A program made the translations under genes and the position numbers. Below, piece by piece: positions 57,084 to 64,000 of a stretch of 64,000 nt of DNA. This DNA is from a cyanobacterium endosymbiont of Rhopalodia gibba (GTDB taxonomy: Bacteria > Cyanobacteriota > Cyanobacteriia > Cyanobacteriales > Microcystaceae), in NCBI GenBank assembly GCA_045159875.1, contig CP067995.1, positions 2,176,001 through 2,240,000 of the forward strand. The letters run 5' to 3'. Within the stretch, counting starts at the first letter, position 1; each line of letters opens with the position of its first letter. Below the pieces are notes generated by a model. The model was not told the origin of the DNA. It searched no databases and saw only the letters and a list, made by a program, of their open reading frames with translations.

Positions 57084-57575
57084 AAGTTACAATCCTCCTT
57101 AATTAATTGATCACTGTTGTACAGGTTGATCTTATATCAAATTTAATTCTTCAATCACAAATCGAGGGGAACATCTCTTCTGATTGAATTGATCACGATT
57201 ATATCAAAAGCCGTTTCAAACAGTTCTTAAGTAAGTTTTGTTTTAGCTGACGCTTGAACTTGTTTTCCATCAGCCTTACCCTTTAGTTATATGTACAGTC
57301 AGTTTCATTATTTTTTCCATATCTTGATAAGAGGGGTTGTACCGACATTTGCAATAATTTAATCGATAATTTAGATCATTTCGTAATCTATGGACCTCGA
57401 TTTATATTTTTGTACTAAAAGCAGTTTTATGAGGTATAGTTTTAAAAAATCTATAAACTACCTTAGCCTAGTTAAGACCTATTGCAAATTTGTTTTGGCA
57501 GCTGAAAAAATAGAACAGTTCACTTTATTAGTTACCATGATGAACTAGTTCAAAAATTTTTAAAAACGAGTAAAT

Positions 57576-58199
57576 CTAATTACTGGGAGTTTTAGCTGTT
57601 GAAGAAGTCCCAAAAGGCACATCAACAAATCCTAATTCATACAATTGCTGATAACATTTTTTTCCTAAATCGGTTGTGGGGTTTTGAGAACGAATAACTT
57701 GGACCAACAAAGGAACAGCCAATTCTGGTTTATCTTGTGCTCGGTGAACAAGGGCTAATTGATAAGTGGCAGAATCCCTCATCTGACCTGTTTTTAGCGC
57801 GCTATTACGTTGAGATTCATAAATATCATTATCAATCCCTGAAAAACTCTTGGCTAATTGTAAATAGAAATTAGACAACTGATTAAAAATCTTGCGAGCT
57901 TGCTGGAGTTTACTAGCCGCTCGGTCATAGTTCTCAGCATTAACAGCTTCATTAGCCTCTGAAACGAGTCTTTGAGCTCCTTGTGAGCTAAGTAAACTGT
58001 CAGCTTGAGTTAGGGGACGCAAATTAGTAGGATCACTAGGATCTTCATCTGTGATTTCCCCTCCATTATCTGGGGTAGCTCCAAGCACCTCACCATTGTC
58101 CCGGCTAACAGGGGGCGTTTGAGCTTGTATTGGATGTGATTGGGTAATTCCCAAGGCTAGTAAGGCAACCATTAGACGATTCAAACTAAAGCAGCGCAT
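57576..58199 (-). CDS. conserved cyanobacterial exported helical (TPR-like) protein
   Basis: signal peptide; ARKIFNQLSNFY..RDSATYQLALVHRAQDKPELAVPLL..ELGFVD; start uncertain. Confidence 0.75.
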   Translation of the reverse strand: MRCFSLNRLMVALLALGITQSHPIQAQTPPVSRDNGEVLGATPDNGGEITDEDPSDPTNLRPLTQADSLLSSQGAQRLVSEANEAVNAENYDRAASKLQQARKIFNQLSNFYLQLAKSFSGIDNDIYESQRNSALKTGQMRDSATYQLALVHRAQDKPELAVPLLVQVIRSQNPTTDLGKKCYQQLYELGFVDVPFGTSSTAKTPSN

Positions 58200-58351
58200 T
58201 AACACCTTTAACATAGCAGAACTCGCTCGAGCCGAGTTTTGGTAAAACAACTTATGAAGACTCGAGACATCTTAACATTTGTCTTCCCCCATTAGTTGAT
58301 TTTTTTACAAAAGGCCACTCAAATTAAAGCAAGTTACAGCTCAATTTTGCA

Positions 58352-59617
58352 TCAAGAATTGAGTAAATTCAATTGCTCCTTAAGGATGTTAGTGAGCTCA
58401 GTTGCTGCTCCTGCCTGGCCTCTAACCTGTAACAAGCGATCACGGATTTCTACTAGTTTAATAGGATTGCCTAACCAATCTAATATTAATTCTGCGACAT
58501 CGGTTGCTTGAAGTTCTCCCACTAATTCCGGCACAATCTCTTCATTAGCCCAAAGATTAGGCCAAGCAAATAATTGTCCCCGTTTAAGTACCATTAAATT
58601 AATAGTCTTAGCGAAAGCCCTCCCCACTAAAGGTAAACTTGCTAAAATCCCTGGAATTCCATCCCAAGTCCGCATAGCATCGAGTTGTTGGGTAGGGACT
58701 AAGACAATCATGGGAATCCCTAATGCTCCTAATTCAGCTGTGTTAGCCCCTACAGTGGTTAAGGCTAAACAACAATGGCAGAGGTGATCGTAGGCAGGAA
58801 ATTGGGTAATCAATTCTACTTGAAGCCCATTAGGAGTCTCTAGTCGAGGAAAGGGAGATGAGTCAGCACTAGCCATGACTAATTTTGCAGACACTCCCCC
58901 CATCTTCATTATCATAGGATTTTGACTCGAATCAGCAAAGCCGGCCAAGGTGGATAAATCCAGGGTGGGGGCAACAGGAAGAATAAAGCGAGTGCTGGAG
59001 TTTTGTTGATAAACTTGTTCGGCAATCGCTAAACATAAAGGAATCCCCTGCATCAATTTTCCTGGTTTCGACCCAGGTAGAATACCAATGGTGGGGAAAG
59101 GAGCAATTTGGGATGAATTTACAGAAGTTGGGGTCAAATCTGACATCAAATCCCCTACTACGGTTAGTTTGTGTTGATGGGATTTGGGAATAGGTTTAAT
59201 CACATCTGCATTCATGACTCCAAATCGATCAATCCAACGATACCAACGGGCTTCCCGTTCCGCATAAATGACGGTGCGGTATCCTAATCGTTTACCGAGT
59301 AGCATTGTATAAAATTGATCACCCCCCAGAAATAAGACAATGCCGTGTTTATGCCAGTTCCAATTCTCAGTCGTTTTTCCCCAGAATAAAAAATTAAAAA
59401 AATGTTCACTTGACTGAACCCGATCAACTTCCAAGTAACGACGCGCGATGGCGGCTTCTTGTCCAGTAGCATGAGGACAAGGGGATAAAACCACAGAAAT
59501 ACGCACTTGAGAGCTATCCCAGCCTAAAATTTCTCGTATAGCTTTCACCACAGGACGTACCCAAGTGGTTACTTCCCCTGGCCCGTTAGACAAAATAAGA
59601 ATATCAGCTGGTTGCAT
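58352..59617 (-). CDS. lipid-A-disaccharide synthase-related glycosyltransferase (LpxB-like)
   Basis: ILSNGPGE, LPGSK, TTVGANTAELG, AWPN and IVPE motifs. Confidence 0.85.
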   Translation of the reverse strand: MQPADILILSNGPGEVTTWVRPVVKAIREILGWDSSQVRISVVLSPCPHATGQEAAIARRYLEVDRVQSSEHFFNFLFWGKTTENWNWHKHGIVLFLGGDQFYTMLLGKRLGYRTVIYAEREARWYRWIDRFGVMNADVIKPIPKSHQHKLTVVGDLMSDLTPTSVNSSQIAPFPTIGILPGSKPGKLMQGIPLCLAIAEQVYQQNSSTRFILPVAPTLDLSTLAGFADSSQNPMIMKMGGVSAKLVMASADSSPFPRLETPNGLQVELITQFPAYDHLCHCCLALTTVGANTAELGALGIPMIVLVPTQQLDAMRTWDGIPGILASLPLVGRAFAKTINLMVLKRGQLFAWPNLWANEEIVPELVGELQATDVAELILDWLGNPIKLVEIRDRLLQVRGQAGAATELTNILKEQLNLLNS

Positions 59618-59839
59618 TGATAGTTGTTGATCCTTTTTTGCAAAAATACCTCATCTTTATAATATCTTTGAGCGGAGCAATCGCTTCCCCTACAAAAGTA
59701 AGTTCTTCTACTGAAGTTTCGACATTCAGAGGATTATCTTATTTCCTCCCCATAATGGGGAGACATTTGTTATCCTAAGACCCAATAAGTGGATTTACTT
59801 AATCTGCCTCTAAAACGCCTTTGGCCAAAGAAATGAATT

Positions 59840-60403
59840 ATGAATAAGAATCATTTATTTTCTGCAATCTTTTTTTCTAAGCGTCTGATTTCTACTTTAA
59901 TTTTGTCTGGTTGTTTATTTGCCGGCGTTCAAGCTCTAACTTGGGCAGGAAGTAATCCTGGACTAACAATTTTTAGTGGAGTTGAGAACCGTAAAGATAT
60001 TCTCGATTATCATTTGGACTTTAATGGCCGTCCTAGACAAGTGGGAGAACGGTATAGACTCTATGTTCCAGGGAAAAAGTTGACTCAAGGGGCAAGTAAA
60101 TTTTTTATTTCTTATCTTGAAAGGCCTAAATTCGATGGAAAATTTAATCTTGATAAAGTAGAAGTTCGTGTTGATGGCGAGTCTTTACCCTTAAAAGATG
60201 TCTATTGGGACAAAGAAAGTCGTGTCCTTGAAATTGAGCTAAAAACACCTATCGAAGCTAGTAAAAAGGCAGAAATTATCTTTTCTGGGGTAAAAAATCC
60301 TAGCAATGGTACTTATTACTTAATTTGTGACGTTTTGAGTTCAGGAGAGATCCCCATCCGTATGTATGTAGGAACTTGGATTGTATCAATTGAAAGAGTT
60401 TAA
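59840..60403 (+). CDS. DUF2808 domain exported protein
   Basis: signal peptide; PGLTIFSGV..L.Y.LDF..RYRL..VKNP..Y.GTW. Confidence 0.8.
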   Translation: MNKNHLFSAIFFSKRLISTLILSGCLFAGVQALTWAGSNPGLTIFSGVENRKDILDYHLDFNGRPRQVGERYRLYVPGKKLTQGASKFFISYLERPKFDGKFNLDKVEVRVDGESLPLKDVYWDKESRVLEIELKTPIEASKKAEIIFSGVKNPSNGTYYLICDVLSSGEIPIRMYVGTWIVSIERV

Positions 60404-60443
60404 GTTTTTCCTAGTCAAAATTCTTAAATAAAGATTAGATAAT

Positions 60444-60475
60444 AATAAGGGTTAACGGCTGTTGACCCTTATTTA
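60444..60475 (+). terminator. hairpin terminator after the DUF2808 gene
   Basis: AATAAGGGTTAAC-ggct-GTTGACCCTTATT. Confidence 0.6.
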
Positions 60476-60932
60476 GTTAGACGAATTAAGTTAGATTCAC
60501 ACTACGTTAGAATTTTATAGATGTATTCAAACAATTTCTTGAAAAAAATACCTTTATCTATTATTTTAAATTTTACTTTTGTAAAGTAACGCCACTATTA
60601 AATCTAGATATCCTTGAAGTTTACGAGTTATCAAAAAGTTTTCTTAAATAAACTCTTTAGCCTTTGATAACATTTTTATTTAAATAAGTTCGACGGATAG
60701 TTGTGTAGAGGAAAGTAAGTAGCATCTATTGATATCTAGTCCTTTTGATGTAAAATATTATGTGCTTCATACAACTAAGTAAAAATATCAGGACAGTTTT
60801 CGAAAAAAATGTCTACACATTCTCTAACTGTTTTAATTTTAGGTGATATTTGTTTGAATAAATTTATGACAACAGAATATTAATTTTTAATTATGTTTAG
60901 GTCTGGTAGAATAAGGTAAAAAGTACAACACT

Positions 60933-61476
60933 AGTTTCATCCACAAAATAATATCTCCTAATTTTTATTGAGATATTATTTCTCAATATAACCAAGCTTA
61001 AAATAAATCTCTGCCATAACTTATTTCAAGAGTTCGATGGAAATTTTTTTAAAATTATTTCCGTTTTCATTATTTTTTAGATCTGTAAGTTTTCTCTCTG
61101 TCTACCTATTTTTTAACCGTATAGATCAGTATCTTATCAGATATGTCTCTTCACGAGAAGACTCTACTTACTAAATTTTAACTACTACTATCTTTAGTAA
61201 AAAAAATAAGTTGAAGAAAAAATAACCAATTTTCAAAGTTCTAAGATTTTTACTTCTAATAAAAAAATATTAATTGCCGCAAAAGAGCTCAAGAATTTTA
61301 AAATGTCCTAATTATTTGGAGTACTGTTATATTTCTTCAATTTTTTCCTAATAAGACTTTAATTTAGAGCCTAAATATAGTCCTATTTCACTTTGTAGAT
61401 GGCAAATCTAGAATAGATTAGTATTGTCTGAAAACATCCCATTTCTTAATGTTAACTATTGTTTGTGGATGAAACT
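60933..61476. mobile_element. 544-bp segment bounded by 15-bp terminal inverted repeats (MITE or deleted IS)
   Basis: AGTTTCATCCACAAA at 60933-60947 and its exact reverse complement at 61462-61476. Confidence 0.55.
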
Positions 61477-61601
61477 TTTATAGAGAGAAACTTTCGGTTA
61501 TGTCTTTACAAAAATAGGATAGTCTTAATCAAACTCTCAGGAGATTCACCCCTGTATAATCGTTGACATTAGTCAATTATACTTAATATTGGTTCTTAAT
61601 T

Positions 61602-62780
61602 CTACTGACAAAACTTTTCAACGACTCTAACAAAGATCTCAACTCCTATTAATAGTGCTGTTTCATCAAAATTCAAACGAGGATGATGGTGAGGATAGGT
61701 AAACCCTTTATTTTGATTAGCTGACCTCAAAAGAAAGTAACATCCTGGGATTTCTTGTAAAAAGAAAGACATATCTTCTCCTCCCATAGTTTGACAAGAA
61801 GAAATGATCTAGGCGGGAGTTTCCATAACATCCATAGCCACTGAGTACACTAAATCTACTATCTTTTCATCATTAATAACCGGAGGATACAACCACCAAT
61901 AATCTAGCTCATAGGTGGCACCGAAAGTTTGACAAATTCCCGCAACAATTTCTGCGATACGTTTACCAAAATATCCTTTTAAATTAGGATTAAAATAGCG
62001 AACAGTACCACTCATTTTAGCCTTGTCTGTAATCACATTTAATCCCGTTCCTGCATGAAGTTCTCCTACTGTAACGACGGCTGAGTCAAGAGGATTAACA
62101 CTACGCGAAACAATTGTTTGTAAAGCATTGACAATTTTTTGCGCATTAACTACCACAGAGTCCACAGTTTGATCAGGCATTGCCCCATGTCCACCCTTTC
62201 TGAAAATATCTAGGCGAAAACATTCTACTGCTGCCATCAACGGTCCACTGCTTACTCCCACTGTCCCTAAAGGAAAATTATTCCACAGATGTAATCCAAT
62301 AATGGCATCTACATCAGGATTTTTGAGAACTCCTTCATCAATCATCAGTCTTGCCCCTTCTGAACTTTCTATAGTTCCTTTAAAATCATGGCGATGGTGC
62401 CACAGATAATCAGCCGTTCCTAGAGCAATTGCCGTGTGCCCATCGTGACCACAGGCGTGCATTATACCACTGTTTTGGGAACGATAAGGAACCTCATTTT
62501 CTTCTTGAATGGATAAAGCATCCATGTCAGACCGAATTGCTAAAACTGGTACAGGATAGGGACTAGCAATGGTGGCGACAATTCCTGTTTGATGAGGAAT
62601 ACCTATTTTTGTTAAAGTTTTGGCAATAAACGCCTCTGTTGCTTTTTCTTGAAACCCTAGTTCTGGTTGAATGTGAAACCGTCTGCGCCATTGAACTAAT
62701 TTTGAGCGACAGAAACGAATATCTAAGCGAATTTTAGAGAAGTTAATACTAGGAATTGAGAAAATTTTAGATGAAGCCAT
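61602..62780 (-). pseudogene. M20 family amidohydrolase (N-acyl-L-amino acid amidohydrolase type), recently inactivated
   Basis: RSDMDAL, MHACGHDGH, GGHGA and GGEDM motifs; in-frame TAG at 61809-61811; FQPAEE catalytic segment deleted. Confidence 0.88.
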
Positions 62781-63726
62781 CGGGGATAATAAACATATAA
62801 AACATACTACTCTATTTTAATTGTCTACAAAAAAGGTATTTTGCCGAAAAAAAAATGATAAACCTAACAATTAGGAATGAGAAACAGGGAATAGTTGAAA
62901 GAAAAAAAGAAATTAAATAACTTTAAGAACTTGATAACTTAGTCAAAAGGTATCGATATTGCAGAAAAGTGCTATTTACTAACTAAAAATTTTTCTAAAA
63001 AAAAACTATATTACACAAATTAAAACTAGTTTTAAATTAAAGAGAAGCATGGTCGAAAGATACAGACAGAAGACTATATAGGTATAGGGAAAACCGCACA
63101 AATTTTTTAAATCTAGTGTAAGGCTCAACTGCTAGAAGACAAACCTCGTCTAATTTTAGACAAAGGTGTAGTACAAATATTCAAAAAAATAGGTAGAGAT
63201 GATTCTTGACTTTATTAAAAGAAAAAAATAGGTTAACTATTAATCTTATTAATTAGGAAATAAATTTTTTTTTATTATTCCCTTGCCCCTCCTTTCAAAG
63301 GATTAATTTTACATAAGAAGCTCTGTACAATTAGAAAAATTATATACAAAAATTAATAGAACTATATTATGTATGATCTTGTTTTTCTGAAACTTACTTA
63401 TTTATACTTGAATTTTATCCATATACATAATAAATAGCATAACAAATTAATTAAATATTTAATGTCATTGATTCTTTTTTGATAAAAGACGATAACTATA
63501 TTAACTTCAAGGGTGGAAATACGTGATTTTTAAAATCAATCATTCAAAGAGGTTTTTGAAACAACTAGACTAAAATAAAAATCACGTATTTTTATAGATT
63601 CTGTAAACTGAAGAAGATATCAACTAGCAGTAAGTCTAAAACTTCTTGGCTATTGAGACAAAAAAGGCGTTTCAATGGTACACTCTAATAGTCTAATAGT
63701 GTTTCGGTAAACTTAAGAGCAAGCCT

Positions 63727-63957
63727 ATGTACAACCCCTCTTTGCGCCAAGAACCACGTTATGAACCAGCTGTGGTGATTCCAGTTAAATATGATTCTTC
63801 CATTCTAGATTGGTTAAAAGCCAATGACCGTCTGATTCCCCGGGAAGGAGAAGACCTCAGAAGTTCACTGAAAGAGGATGAAGAAATCTCAGAATTGATG
63901 GATGTTGATGACAGCTATGATGATGATGATGATGACATTGATTTAGACGAAGACTAA
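63727..63957 (+). CDS. DUF3134 family protein
   Basis: MYNPSLRQEPRYEPAVVIP...SILDWL...RLIPRE; acidic tail. Confidence 0.85.
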   Translation: MYNPSLRQEPRYEPAVVIPVKYDSSILDWLKANDRLIPREGEDLRSSLKEDEEISELMDVDDSYDDDDDDIDLDED

Positions 63958-64000
63958 GTTAGTCTATCAACCTCACGCTATATTGTCTGTGTTGATTGTT

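Noticed and set aside
61788..61811. Programmed stop-codon readthrough or recoding in the amidohydrolase
   Set aside because: The catalytic EE motif is also deleted and TAG is used as a normal stop elsewhere, so simple decay is more parsimonious.
63917..63936. (GAT)n microsatellite
   Set aside because: It simply encodes the acidic Asp tail of the DUF3134 protein.

Overview
AT-rich chromosomal window from a unicellular cyanobacterium of the Cyanothece/Crocosphaera type whose genome is decaying. The best fit is a non-photosynthetic N2-fixing endosymbiont such as a rhopalodiacean diatom spheroid body; this is inferred from gene content, not from a search. Intact genes: sodN-sodX (Ni-SOD), cyAbrB, pdhA, ftn2/zipN, rpsU, SUI1, codA, hisC, htpG, dusA, the large ribosomal protein cluster (rplC to rpmE, with secY, adk, infA, rpoA and truA), prfA, a CDF metal exporter, split-intein dnaE-N, cysH, pyrH-frr, yggT, an lpxB-like gene and several DUF genes. 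The long spacers hold pseudogenes missing or only fragmentary in the ORF track: psbA (PSII D1), sdhB, a DUF3365 plus EAL c-di-GMP sensor, DUF1257/ycf35 and an M20 amidohydrolase. They also hold IS630, IS701 and IS200/IS605 (tnpB) remnants. The most striking unexplained signal is a set of long, near-perfect, mutually unrelated DNA palindromes (arms 12-23 bp, loops 0-7 nt). Two candidate structured RNA leaders were also seen. I found no CRISPR array, tRNA or rRNA, and no clearly new multi-gene system. All family calls are from recalled motifs read by eye.
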